Source of the DNA: an uncultured Clostridium sp.
GTDB lineage: Bacteria > Bacillota_I > Bacilli_A > RF39 > UBA660
Assembly: GCA_902492325.1 (NCBI GenBank)
Contig: CABULC010000004.1
Span: 24,833-88,832 of the forward strand
Length of the DNA: 64,000 nt
Reading direction: 5' to 3'
A program made the translations under genes and the position numbers. Shown here one piece after another: positions 29,671 to 38,853 of this stretch; within the stretch, counting starts at the first letter, position 1, and every line of letters begins with the position of its first letter. The notes under the pieces are model-generated. The model was not told the origin of the DNA, ran no database searches, and saw nothing but the letters and a program-made list of their open reading frames with translations.

Positions 29671-30723
29671 TTAACCCCCAAATGTTACCAGTGTTGCATA
29701 ACTTTCTGGAGATACACCAACCACTTCAGCAATTCTAACATATACACTTTGATATCCTGTAAATTGTTGATTTGGATCAGTTACCTTAGTCCATACAGTA
29801 TTTTGATCATTAGTAGTTGCCCATTCCATTGTAGTATCAAGTCCAGTAATTGTATAGTTAGTATTTCCAGTTAATGAAGGAGCCGCTAATAATTCATTCG
29901 CACTACCAAACTTAAATAATACATTTATTATTGTAGAAGCAAGAGCATTAGTACAATCAACATCTCCCCCTTCTAACCATATCTTAAGATTAACTTGCAT
30001 TCTAGAGTTTTTAGGAATAGTAAACAGCACTTTATTAAGATCAATATTATCACTATCACTAGAACTTCTTCCACCATCTTTAAAACTAAAATTACGAACT
30101 AATTGGTTAGTAGAATATTCACTAGGTACATTACCAAAAGTAAATTTTCCAGTTTTAATTATAGCCTTAGTTGTATACGGATCAGTTATACCATTTTCAG
30201 GTGTTTTACCAAATATCACTGTCGCAGTTGAACTACTTGAAGTTGGATAAGTAATTGCTATTCTAAGAGCATCCCACGCAGGACCAGTAACTTTAGTATC
30301 CCTATGTATATATACATGTTTTGGATAGTCTTCAGTTTGTAAATAAAAATTAAAATCAACGTAACCATTCTCTATCATTTGAGATACACTTCCATCAGAC
30401 TTAGGAAGTAAAATAAATTCTGGATCAGTCAATGATAAACCTTCATTAAAATCAATTGTATAAAAGTTAGCAGCATCTACACTAGATACTTGTTTTAACT
30501 CAAATTCATCAAAATTATCTAACATATTATTTAAATTAACAACACTTCTAGCAGCAGAATCTGGTTGAAGTTTTATAACCAATCCTTCAGCAGCACTAAC
30601 CTGAATATTAGATAAGTTTATTTGAGGATTTGATCTATCTTGAAACCATGCATATGAAGTCATAAATAATATAACAGTAAATCCAACAAGTAATATTATT
30701 TTTACTATTATTTTCTTATTCAT
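29671..30723 (-). CDS. TasA/camelysin-like SipW-dependent secreted protein (family 1)
   Basis: Signal peptide ending SYAWFQD (matches the B. subtilis TasA GTWAAFND logic). C-terminal motif NLKIWLEGGDVDC. Confidence 0.5.
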   Translation of the reverse strand: MNKKIIVKIILLVGFTVILFMTSYAWFQDRSNPQINLSNIQVSAAEGLVIKLQPDSAARSVVNLNNMLDNFDEFELKQVSSVDAANFYTIDFNEGLSLTDPEFILLPKSDGSVSQMIENGYVDFNFYLQTEDYPKHVYIHRDTKVTGPAWDALRIAITYPTSSSSTATVIFGKTPENGITDPYTTKAIIKTGKFTFGNVPSEYSTNQLVRNFSFKDGGRSSSDSDNIDLNKVLFTIPKNSRMQVNLKIWLEGGDVDCTNALASTIINVLFKFGSANELLAAPSLTGNTNYTITGLDTTMEWATTNDQNTVWTKVTDPNQQFTGYQSVYVRIAEVVGVSPESYATLVTFGG

Positions 30724-31892
30724 TAATTTTCACCCCCAAACTTAACAATTACTGCTTTAGATGCTAATAACTCATCTGTTTCTTTATATCTAACATATAC
30801 AGTAGAATTCTTATCAAATGTTACAATATTTTTATATTCAATGTATGTAAGACCATTATCAGTTGAATACTCCATGTGTTCATTTATACCATCTATAGTT
30901 TTACTAACATCATCAGCTTTAACATTTGGAACATTGGTGTTTTCCTCTTTAGTAATACCTACAAAAGATAAATTTATTTTAAATATTCCACCTTTTAAAG
31001 CAGAAACAGCATCTCTATCATTTCCTTCTACCCATACTCTAACTTTAAGTCCAGCTTTTTTCTCTAGCCCATCTTCTGTATCTATAGATACAAGTACTGG
31101 ATCTCCATTAGCCATTTTGGTATCATATGAAGCGCTTATATCATCTTTTAAATTATCTAAATCTTCTTCACGAAAAGTATTTGAATCTTCAACTTTAATA
31201 TATTTATAACTTTGACTATTAGTTGATTCAACATCAGCTGTAAACCAACCATCATTTTCAATTATTTCATATGTTTTATTTGGAGCCCAAATTAGAACTG
31301 GTTTATCTTCAAGTTCAAAACTATTAGTTTCCTCATTAAAATTATATCTTATAAATGCGACTCTAACAGCCCCAGCTATTAAGTCTCTACTAAAGTCTCC
31401 ATAAGCACTAGCTCTAACAATATCATCTATCTTTTTATCACTACCTGGAGTTAATACCAAGTCTTCTTTTTTAGTACCACACTCTGGAGTAACACTAGAA
31501 TCTTCTTCTAAAAATAATTTAACAGAAGAATCATTCTTAAACCAAACATCAAATTCTAAATAATCTTCATTAAGAGTAGCATTAGTAAAACTTAAAGGAG
31601 TTCCATACTCATCTTTTAAATTAGCTTTATAGAAATTAATACCATCACTAGTTACTTCATTATTAAATCTAAATCCTTCACCAACATCAATATTAAATGA
31701 GTCTCCCCAACCTTGATTTCCATCTTCAGAAATCATAATATTATTTGTTTTAGCAGTACCAATATTAACTCCTTCTACATTACTATCACTTTCATGAACA
31801 AACCAAGCATAAGAAAAAACAAATATAGATACAATTATAGCTATAAGTTTAAACATTGTAACATAAATATTTTTACTTGCTTCCTTATTCAT
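30723..31892 (-). CDS. TasA/camelysin-like SipW-dependent secreted protein (family 1)
   Basis: Signal peptide ending SYAWFVHE. C-terminal motif VRVWVEGNDRDA. Confidence 0.5.
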   Translation of the reverse strand: MNKEASKNIYVTMFKLIAIIVSIFVFSYAWFVHESDSNVEGVNIGTAKTNNIMISEDGNQGWGDSFNIDVGEGFRFNNEVTSDGINFYKANLKDEYGTPLSFTNATLNEDYLEFDVWFKNDSSVKLFLEEDSSVTPECGTKKEDLVLTPGSDKKIDDIVRASAYGDFSRDLIAGAVRVAFIRYNFNEETNSFELEDKPVLIWAPNKTYEIIENDGWFTADVESTNSQSYKYIKVEDSNTFREEDLDNLKDDISASYDTKMANGDPVLVSIDTEDGLEKKAGLKVRVWVEGNDRDAVSALKGGIFKINLSFVGITKEENTNVPNVKADDVSKTIDGINEHMEYSTDNGLTYIEYKNIVTFDKNSTVYVRYKETDELLASKAVIVKFGGEN

Positions 31893-31895
31893 ATA

Positions 31896-33008
31896 CTACC
31901 TCAAATATGCAAATGCATCTTGTTTATTCTTTCTATATCCTTTAAGAAGTCCTTTAAACTTCTTAATAATCTCTTTGTCTGTTTTTAACTCTTTTTCATG
32001 AGCTAATTTAAACTCTTCAGTAAGAATCTTTTTGAATTCCTTTTCAGAATATTTTCGATTATTAATCATAAAGTCAGCAATCAACTTGCGAAGAGCATAT
32101 CTATTAATTTTATCTTCTTTAAATGTTTTATTAGAATCGCTCTCATTAAGTATTACATAATCTAAGAAGAATGCCATGTCCATTCTATTTTTAGTTTTTT
32201 CATCATCTACTTTTTCATGAGAATCATTAACTTCCTTCTTATCTTTAACATCATATTGCTCTATAAATTCCCATAATTCTAATGCTTTTTGAAAGTTTGG
32301 ATTTTTAAGAATAGTATTTGTCTTTCTAATTGGAGATTTTACTGGAGCAGCACTTGCAAGTTCTTTAACAAATGGTGTTTTTAAAAAGTCAGCAACTACT
32401 AACTCAATCTTAGCAAGTCTTTGTTCAACACTCTCTCCACTTGATGAAGTACCACTTAAATCTTCAAATGAATTAGTTTCCATATTTAAAGTTATATTTA
32501 CTTCATCTTTTCCTAACTTAGTTTTACCATTATAAGTCATTATTCTCTTTTTCTTAGCATAACTTCCACTCGCAGTAGCTTCTTTTCTAAGTTTAAAGAA
32601 ATAATTAAGGTTATTTAATAATGATATTACAAATCTATTCTCATAAATATCAAAGCTTTCTTCCTTGTTTACATTAAGTACTTTACTAGGAGTAATTGTT
32701 CCATCTTCACTAACATCTTGTATTAAATCAGTATGTTGTGCTAAATGTTTTATAGTTTCTTGACTAATCTTTTTAGCTTTTTCTACTGGAACTATTTCTT
32801 CTTCTTGCATTATGAATCTTTTAGGGTTTCTAATGATATTATCAAGATAAATAAGAGTTTCTTCTATTTTATCTATCCATGAGTAATCATACTCTACACT
32901 TTGAAAAGATGAATTAACAACAACTTTAGATTCATTAGAACCAACAAATTGTTGCATAGCTAAATTATCTGTATCATCTAATAAATTTAATAATTCGTTT
33001 TTATTCAT
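31896..33008 (-). CDS. Hypothetical cytoplasmic protein in the McrC position downstream of the McrB-like GTPase. No nuclease motif is evident, and the C-terminus is K/E-rich.
   Basis: Tightly coupled to the upstream AAA+ gene (13-nt gap). No PD-(D/E)xK motif recognisable by eye. Confidence 0.4.
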   Translation of the reverse strand: MNKNELLNLLDDTDNLAMQQFVGSNESKVVVNSSFQSVEYDYSWIDKIEETLIYLDNIIRNPKRFIMQEEEIVPVEKAKKISQETIKHLAQHTDLIQDVSEDGTITPSKVLNVNKEESFDIYENRFVISLLNNLNYFFKLRKEATASGSYAKKKRIMTYNGKTKLGKDEVNITLNMETNSFEDLSGTSSSGESVEQRLAKIELVVADFLKTPFVKELASAAPVKSPIRKTNTILKNPNFQKALELWEFIEQYDVKDKKEVNDSHEKVDDEKTKNRMDMAFFLDYVILNESDSNKTFKEDKINRYALRKLIADFMINNRKYSEKEFKKILTEEFKLAHEKELKTDKEIIKKFKGLLKGYRKNKQDAFAYLR

Positions 33009-33021
33009 CTTTTATTCCTTT

Positions 33022-34623
33022 CTACATTGCTTTCTTAAGTCTAGCTAAATATTCTTTACATTCACTCATATTTTCTTTTCCAAATGTTTTATCTAAGAAT
33101 TTAACATATCCATCTATCTCATCACGAATGAATGATAAGTTTAATTGTTCAAACTTTCTAAGTACTTTTTTACAAAGTATATAATCAAATCCATCTAACT
33201 CAGTACCACCACATGCTACATATACTGGAATGAATTCTTTAATATGTTTTACGATACGGTTTCCAAAGGCTAGTCTGAAATGTTCAATAACATAATTGTC
33301 CATATCTTCTAACTTATTAAGTGTATCTTGACTAACTGCATGTTCTTGCTTAGCTTTAGTAAATAAGCTTTCTAAGTAACTACTATTAATTCTAATACCT
33401 TCTGTATCAGGTGCATCAAATGGTTGACCTTTATCATTAATATCTATAGGCATCGCACGGTCGTATACCTTATCTGTTACCATAAATGTTGAATCATCAT
33501 TATTGATTGTACCAATGTACCACATGTTATCTGGTATCTTAAGTTTACCATCAGGTAAATGTTTAGGATCGTTTGGCCATACATTTGGTACCAAATCTAT
33601 TACCCATTCATCACGAGAAGGCATTTCTAATATAGATAGCATTTCTGCGAAATAGTATTCAACACGAGCTATATTCATTTCATCTAGTATTGTTAAATAC
33701 ATTTCATCATTATAACTTGCTTCATACATAGCTTTTAATACTTCTGTTTCGTTAAACTTTTTAGTAAACTCGTTGAAGTAACCAAATAGCTCTGTTCTAT
33801 CTCTCCATGAAGGTTGAACTGAAGCAATAGTTGCATCTCTACTAATAAATTTTCCCCAAGCATATGGAAGTGATGTTTTACCAGTACCAGAGATACCTTG
33901 TAAAATTACAAGTCTTGTTGCTCCAAGAGCTGCTACAAACAAACGAATAATTTTAACTTTATAATATAGTTTCATACGACTAGCAGCAAAGTTTCTAAAA
34001 GTATCACATAATTCTTCAAGTGTGAATGTATTACCAAAGTTTTCTGGTTCTTTATTTGCATACTCTTCATCAATTTGAGTTAACTTGAAGAAACGACTTC
34101 CATTAGCCGCTTCAGGTATAGCTTCAGCTGGAGTCTCTTCACCTTCACCAGTTTCACCTTCAGTAGTAGTACTTTCACTAGTACTCTTAATATCACTAGG
34201 TAAATCTACATTCAAAGCACTCTCTTGAGGTTTAAGACCAATTTGTGAAACTTTCAAAGCATATAATTCTTCTTTTTCTTGATTAAGTCTTATAACATCT
34301 CTATCAAGTTTAGCCACTTCTTCTAATAAACTTTCTTGCTCAACTAAAGTTTTCTTAAACTTAAATATTTTTCTAATTAACAAAAATACCAAATATATAA
34401 TTCCAAGTAAGAATGCAAGTATAAGTAATACTGCTAAACCTACTAATATCCATTGACCAACTGAAAATTCTCCAGAATATTCTTTTAATATTTTCAAATA
34501 TGCTTTAAAGTTAAACATCTTAATAATGCCTTTAAAAAATCCCATAAAAATATTTATTATTCCGGAAAAGAATTGTTCAAATAAATCATATAAAAATCTA
34601 ATATATGTTGACAATTCTTCCAC
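33022..34623 (-). CDS. Membrane-anchored McrB-family AAA+ GTPase (AAA_5), with N-terminal TM helices and a coiled coil
   Basis: Walker A VILQGISGTGKTS. Walker B region YLTILDEMNIARVEYYFAEMLSILE (compare McrB IDEINRAN). McrB signature WYIGTINNDDSTFMVTDKVYDRAM (compare IIGTMNTADRS...D.ALRRRF). Two hydrophobic helices occupy the first ~100 aa. The start codon is ambiguous: GTG at 34623 or TTG ~9 nt downstream, after RBS agaggtgg. Confidence 0.65.
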   Translation of the reverse strand: MEELSTYIRFLYDLFEQFFSGIINIFMGFFKGIIKMFNFKAYLKILKEYSGEFSVGQWILVGLAVLLILAFLLGIIYLVFLLIRKIFKFKKTLVEQESLLEEVAKLDRDVIRLNQEKEELYALKVSQIGLKPQESALNVDLPSDIKSTSESTTTEGETGEGEETPAEAIPEAANGSRFFKLTQIDEEYANKEPENFGNTFTLEELCDTFRNFAASRMKLYYKVKIIRLFVAALGATRLVILQGISGTGKTSLPYAWGKFISRDATIASVQPSWRDRTELFGYFNEFTKKFNETEVLKAMYEASYNDEMYLTILDEMNIARVEYYFAEMLSILEMPSRDEWVIDLVPNVWPNDPKHLPDGKLKIPDNMWYIGTINNDDSTFMVTDKVYDRAMPIDINDKGQPFDAPDTEGIRINSSYLESLFTKAKQEHAVSQDTLNKLEDMDNYVIEHFRLAFGNRIVKHIKEFIPVYVACGGTELDGFDYILCKKVLRKFEQLNLSFIRDEIDGYVKFLDKTFGKENMSECKEYLARLKKAM

Positions 34624-34651
34624 CTCTATTCTTAATTCTATACTCAGTTTA

Positions 34652-34681
34652 ATTTTATCATATTTTAGGACTAAATTACAA
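34652..34681 (-). promoter_or_regulatory. Candidate sigma-A promoter for the mcrB-like to giant-protein operon
   Basis: Minus strand TTGTAA, 18-nt spacer, TAAAAT. It lies just downstream of the sipW2 terminator. Confidence 0.35.
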
Positions 34682-34697
34682 GGAAATATACTACTTT

Positions 34698-34730
34698 TAT
34701 CAAAATAAAAAAGCTATTCAATGAATAGCA
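34698..34730 (-). terminator. Rho-independent terminator after sipW paralog 2
   Basis: Inverted repeat gctattca-a-tgaatagc, followed by UUUUUUAUUUUG on the minus transcript. Confidence 0.5.
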
Positions 34731-34748
34731 ATTTTTATATTAAACAAA

Positions 34749-35303
34749 TCATTTAACTTTCTTATAATCTAGTAACAACATTATAAATTTATATAATTGA
34801 TATATAAAGAATGCTGCTAAAGGTAAAATGATACATACAAAGAATCCAACTTTAGCTTTTAAGAATGTTAGGATTGAACCTAAAACCGGTAATCTTGTTC
34901 CATTCCATACAGAGATAATATCTCCAGGAGCAACTTGTTGTGGATCTTCTCCAGTATTAGCATCACCTTGAGTAACATAAGATGTCATACCATTTACTGT
35001 AAGTACTGATTTAATTCTGTGTGTTTTAATTATTTTAGTATTTTCTTCCATTGCGAAGAATGCAATAACATCCCCCTCTTTTAATACAGTTTTTCCATCA
35101 TAACTCTTAGTAACAATTAAGTCACCAGTCTTAATAACAGGTTCCATTGATCCTGTTTGAATATTTAGAGGGATGTATCCAAATATTTTAGAAACTCCTT
35201 TTTCACGAGAAGTTAATGTAATCAAAGTTACACTAGCTGCTAAAATAATAACAACCCAAATTATTATATCTAAAATAACTTTTAAAATCTTTTTTCCTTT
35301 CAT
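34749..35303 (-). CDS. sipW: Signal peptidase I, archaeal/ER-type (SipW-like), paralog 2
   Basis: Box B TGSMEPVIKTGDLIV, box D IIKTHRIKSV, N-terminal TM. Confidence 0.8.
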   Translation of the reverse strand: MKGKKILKVILDIIIWVVIILAASVTLITLTSREKGVSKIFGYIPLNIQTGSMEPVIKTGDLIVTKSYDGKTVLKEGDVIAFFAMEENTKIIKTHRIKSVLTVNGMTSYVTQGDANTGEDPQQVAPGDIISVWNGTRLPVLGSILTFLKAKVGFFVCIILPLAAFFIYQLYKFIMLLLDYKKVK

Positions 35304-35321
35304 ATTACGCCTCCAAAATTA

Positions 35322-36446
35322 CTATACACCAGCATTTTTAGATATTTGAATGTTGAAAGTAATATTAGAACCAGAAGCATTATTTTCACAGTCATAATCT
35401 TGTCCTTCAACCCATCCATATATTCTAACCTTATTAATACCAGCAGCTAAGTTAAATAATGTTTTATATTCTCCATTAGCAGTATTTCCATTTGGAGTTT
35501 GAATATCAGGAGTTACTTGATCAAAATATGTAGTAACTTTTGATTGATAGTCTACTGCAGGATTTGCAGCAATAGCAGCTTTAATACCATAGTAATTAGG
35601 TACAACTGTAGTCGTATCATATGTAGTTTCACCATAGTTGTTTGCTTGTGCTACACCAGCAGCTGTGTGTATATTTGAGTTTGGTTCCCAGAACATATTA
35701 GTAGCACCACCAGCACTATGACTAGCAGCACCTTTTAATGCAATAGCATCTGCACTAGCACCTGTAGCAGCACTACCTTCATAAAGGAATGCAACTCTAG
35801 CGGCATTCTTAAGTCCAGTATCAGCAGCAGTAGCTACAACATCTGATGAAGTTGTTAAATATACTGTAGTAGCTTGTGTAGTTAATAAGAATAAATCAAA
35901 TGCAATAAAGTCACCTGTAGTACCTGCTTTTTCAATAGATTGTTCTGCAACTAATCTATAACCATGAGCAGTAGTAGCATCAGCTTCAATACTACCTTTA
36001 TACATTTTCATAAATCCTGTAGTAGCATCTACATCACCTATAGTAGATACAGGAACAATTTGATTTGGTAATTGGTTTGTATTACCAGCATAAGCATTAG
36101 CAGTAATATCATTAGTTGAAATATTTGCTTTCCAGTTAACAGCATCTACAGAAACTTGGATACCATTAGCAGCACTAACATTTACATCAATGCTATCAAC
36201 AGTAACAGTTGTATTTTCAGTGAACCATGCATAAGATGCAGTAGTTAAAGAAATAGCAGTAACTATCAACATAAGGAATGCAGTAAGAATCTTTTTACTA
36301 TTATTATTTGATTCTTCATGATTTTCTTTTACAACATTGTTTTCAACAACATTAGTTGCTTGTGGTTGAGCAGGAGTATTATTAACAACTGCTTGATCAA
36401 CAGGTGTTGTTTGAACATTGTTTTTTACATTGTTTTCATTTTCCAT
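35322..36446 (-). CDS. TasA/camelysin-like SipW-dependent protein (family 1) with a ~50-aa N-terminal cytoplasmic extension
   Basis: TM ILTAFLMLIVTAISLTTASYAWFTEN. C-terminal motif VRIYGWVEGQDYDC. Confidence 0.5.
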   Translation of the reverse strand: MENENNVKNNVQTTPVDQAVVNNTPAQPQATNVVENNVVKENHEESNNNSKKILTAFLMLIVTAISLTTASYAWFTENTTVTVDSIDVNVSAANGIQVSVDAVNWKANISTNDITANAYAGNTNQLPNQIVPVSTIGDVDATTGFMKMYKGSIEADATTAHGYRLVAEQSIEKAGTTGDFIAFDLFLLTTQATTVYLTTSSDVVATAADTGLKNAARVAFLYEGSAATGASADAIALKGAASHSAGGATNMFWEPNSNIHTAAGVAQANNYGETTYDTTTVVPNYYGIKAAIAANPAVDYQSKVTTYFDQVTPDIQTPNGNTANGEYKTLFNLAAGINKVRIYGWVEGQDYDCENNASGSNITFNIQISKNAGV

Positions 36447-36461
36447 AATTTAATCCTTTCA

Positions 36462-37151
36462 TTAATCAGTTTTTTCAGTAATTATCATAGACATTTTCAT
36501 TTCCCCTCCAATGATATCATCGATACATTCAGGGTCTTTACCTTCAAGCCAAACAATTACAGTGTACCTGTCTATTTCACCAGGTTTAATGTTATTTCTA
36601 TCTTGTTGCATTATTAAATGATTTGATAAAAACGATATTGTATTTGGTTCAGCTTTGCCATCTTTAGACTTTTTAGCATAAACCTTTTTTTCGCCATTAG
36701 TATAAAGAGCAACTCTAACAGCCTCATCAACATTCTTTATAACAGATTCTATAACAATCTTAGATTTATAACTAACATTCTCTTTTCCATCATTTTTTAC
36801 AAAGAACGTATATGCGATATAGTTATCTTCACTATGATCACCTTCTTTTGATATTAAACTATCAAAAGGAATCCACCCTTCAGTAATGTTATCCATATAC
36901 TCTAAACCTTTTACTTTGATTTCAACAGTTTCCGCAGAAAACTCTGAATCAGAAGATAAAAGTATATGTCTTTCAGACTTTAAATTTTTATCTAGTTTAA
37001 TTGTAAAATAACCATTGCTATTCACAACATATAATATTAAATATAATATTGAGAAAAACAGTAATAAAACTAATAAAGCCATTTTTACAATTCTAGTAAA
37101 TAATTTTCGTCTATAAACTTTTTCAGCAGTTACTTTAACAATATTATCCAT
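36462..37151 (-). CDS. Family-1 paralog with an uncleavable-looking N-terminal anchor (possible TapA-like anchoring or accessory protein)
   Basis: TM LLVLLLFFSILYLILYVV lacks the A-W-F motif. The C-terminus shares the family motif VIVWLEGKDPEC. Confidence 0.4.
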   Translation of the reverse strand: MDNIVKVTAEKVYRRKLFTRIVKMALLVLLLFFSILYLILYVVNSNGYFTIKLDKNLKSERHILLSSDSEFSAETVEIKVKGLEYMDNITEGWIPFDSLISKEGDHSEDNYIAYTFFVKNDGKENVSYKSKIVIESVIKNVDEAVRVALYTNGEKKVYAKKSKDGKAEPNTISFLSNHLIMQQDRNNIKPGEIDRYTVIVWLEGKDPECIDDIIGGEMKMSMIITEKTD

Positions 37152-37159
37152 AAAGTCAC

Positions 37160-38281
37160 CTACTTATACATTTTATAAGTTCCATTATCATATTCTTCTA
37201 CAATTGTGGCATTAATACTTCTAGAAAAATTGATAATACTTTCATAATTAGTAACTTCGCCAGGCTTTAAAAATAAATAATTTACAAGACCTTTAAGTTT
37301 AATAGATTTTTGCTCTAGAGTATTTAAATGATAAACGCCAATCATAACACCAGCATTCTTCAGCTCTTTTACTTTAATATCTCTAGAAATTAGTTCACTA
37401 TATGGTACTAAAAATACAAAATGATTTAGAGTTTTAGGCTCAATAATATTAAGCATCTTAGTAACATTAGTTCTAAGTCTAAAAAATCCATTCGGAAGTT
37501 TTATAAAATATAATGTATTCTTTTTATCAGAGAAAACATCTTTAACTATTTGAAAACTTACATTTTCAGCTTCAATATACTTAAAATCTATCGCAAATTC
37601 ATATTTAATAAATGCATCATATACATGACTAGAATCAATACCACTAAATTCTTCTTTATCAAAATGAATTCTTGACATATAGTAATTAATACCATTTAAA
37701 TTACCAACAATGTCATAATAAACTTTCAAAGGTGATTTCGATAATTCTCTTAAACACTTTTTATAATTTTTACTTTCTTTAGTAATATTTTTAATTATTT
37801 TAATATAATTTTCATCAAATAATTCTTTTACTTCAGAATCAAAAAGTGACTTATTCTTAACTTCAAACATCTTTATGATTTCTTCATAACTGTATTTATC
37901 TTTAGTTAATGAATTAGAATATTCTTCTAAAGCAATATTTAAAAGAATAAGTTTAGCTACTAAATAATACCAATTGAATAACTTTTTATTATCAATCAAA
38001 TCTAAGTAATCAACTACATTTTCAAAAATAAGTAAAAGCATTCTTTTTGGTACAATACTAACTACACCATATTTTTCAAATATTTCTGTATATTCTTCTA
38101 GAGCTTTATCTATGTTTCTATTTCCAAAAAAGAAGTCTTGATAGAATTTATCTATACATATTTCAAAGTCTTCTATATTTTTTGGATATGGAACAATCTC
38201 ATCACGAATAAGTATATCTACGTTTTTAAGAATGCATTTAGCTTTTTGTTTTAAAAAAACATCTGCTATGCACCTCATCAT
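37160..38281 (-). CDS. Cytoplasmic hypothetical protein at the head of the fibre operon
   Basis: ORF with no signal peptide and no motif recognised. Confidence 0.4.
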   Translation of the reverse strand: MMRCIADVFLKQKAKCILKNVDILIRDEIVPYPKNIEDFEICIDKFYQDFFFGNRNIDKALEEYTEIFEKYGVVSIVPKRMLLLIFENVVDYLDLIDNKKLFNWYYLVAKLILLNIALEEYSNSLTKDKYSYEEIIKMFEVKNKSLFDSEVKELFDENYIKIIKNITKESKNYKKCLRELSKSPLKVYYDIVGNLNGINYYMSRIHFDKEEFSGIDSSHVYDAFIKYEFAIDFKYIEAENVSFQIVKDVFSDKKNTLYFIKLPNGFFRLRTNVTKMLNIIEPKTLNHFVFLVPYSELISRDIKVKELKNAGVMIGVYHLNTLEQKSIKLKGLVNYLFLKPGEVTNYESIINFSRSINATIVEEYDNGTYKMYK

Positions 38282-38383
38282 TTCCTCCTTACCCTATACA
38301 TTATACAAACTAATTATATACTAGTTTTAGAAAAAACACAATATTTTAACGATAAAAAAAGAAAGATAAACCCTTAAACATTT

Positions 38384-38722
38384 TTATAAGACTATATGTC
38401 TACTTTTAGAAATTATATTTTTATAGTTTTTTAAGTTATTTTGATTATTATTTTGGTTTAATGTTTTACCCAAAGCATTTATACATCCAAGCTTTTGATT
38501 TGGTGTTAATTTTGCTAATTTAACAACTTTACAAGACATTAAAAATCTCATGATATTGTCTACATGACCTAATGTACGACTTGCAGAATTATAAGCATAA
38601 TATACTATATCACCATTACCCATTTCTTTAGAAAAGAATAAATATGAGCCATCCTTTTTTAATTTACCATTTACTACCTTTAATGGAACATATACTTCCA
38701 CATCAGAATGTTCATCAATCAT
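38384..38722 (-). CDS. Small hypothetical cytoplasmic protein
   Basis: 112-aa ORF; function not inferable. Confidence 0.3.
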   Translation of the reverse strand: MIDEHSDVEVYVPLKVVNGKLKKDGSYLFFSKEMGNGDIVYYAYNSASRTLGHVDNIMRFLMSCKVVKLAKLTPNQKLGCINALGKTLNQNNNQNNLKNYKNIISKSRHIVL

Positions 38723-38853
38723 ATAAACACCTCTAGTATTATTTTACATTAAATGAATACTTATTGTCAAACTTGTTTATAATACTTAATCAAAGTTATG
38801 TTGGTAACTTTAATCTTTTATGTTATACTAATATAAGAATAAGGAGAATATCT

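Noticed and set aside
5934-31988. Multiple 60-120 aa ORFs antisense to or nested in large genes (5934..6119, 8759..8950, 9281..9472, 10785..10973, 14422..14616, 15837..16043, 19037..19376, 19710..19979, 22414..26917 series, 30841..31209, 31713..31988)
   Set aside because: All are embedded in longer, well-supported genes on the opposite strand or in another frame. They have Ile/Phe/Ser/Asn-rich compositions characteristic of spurious ORFs in AT-rich DNA, and no RBS.
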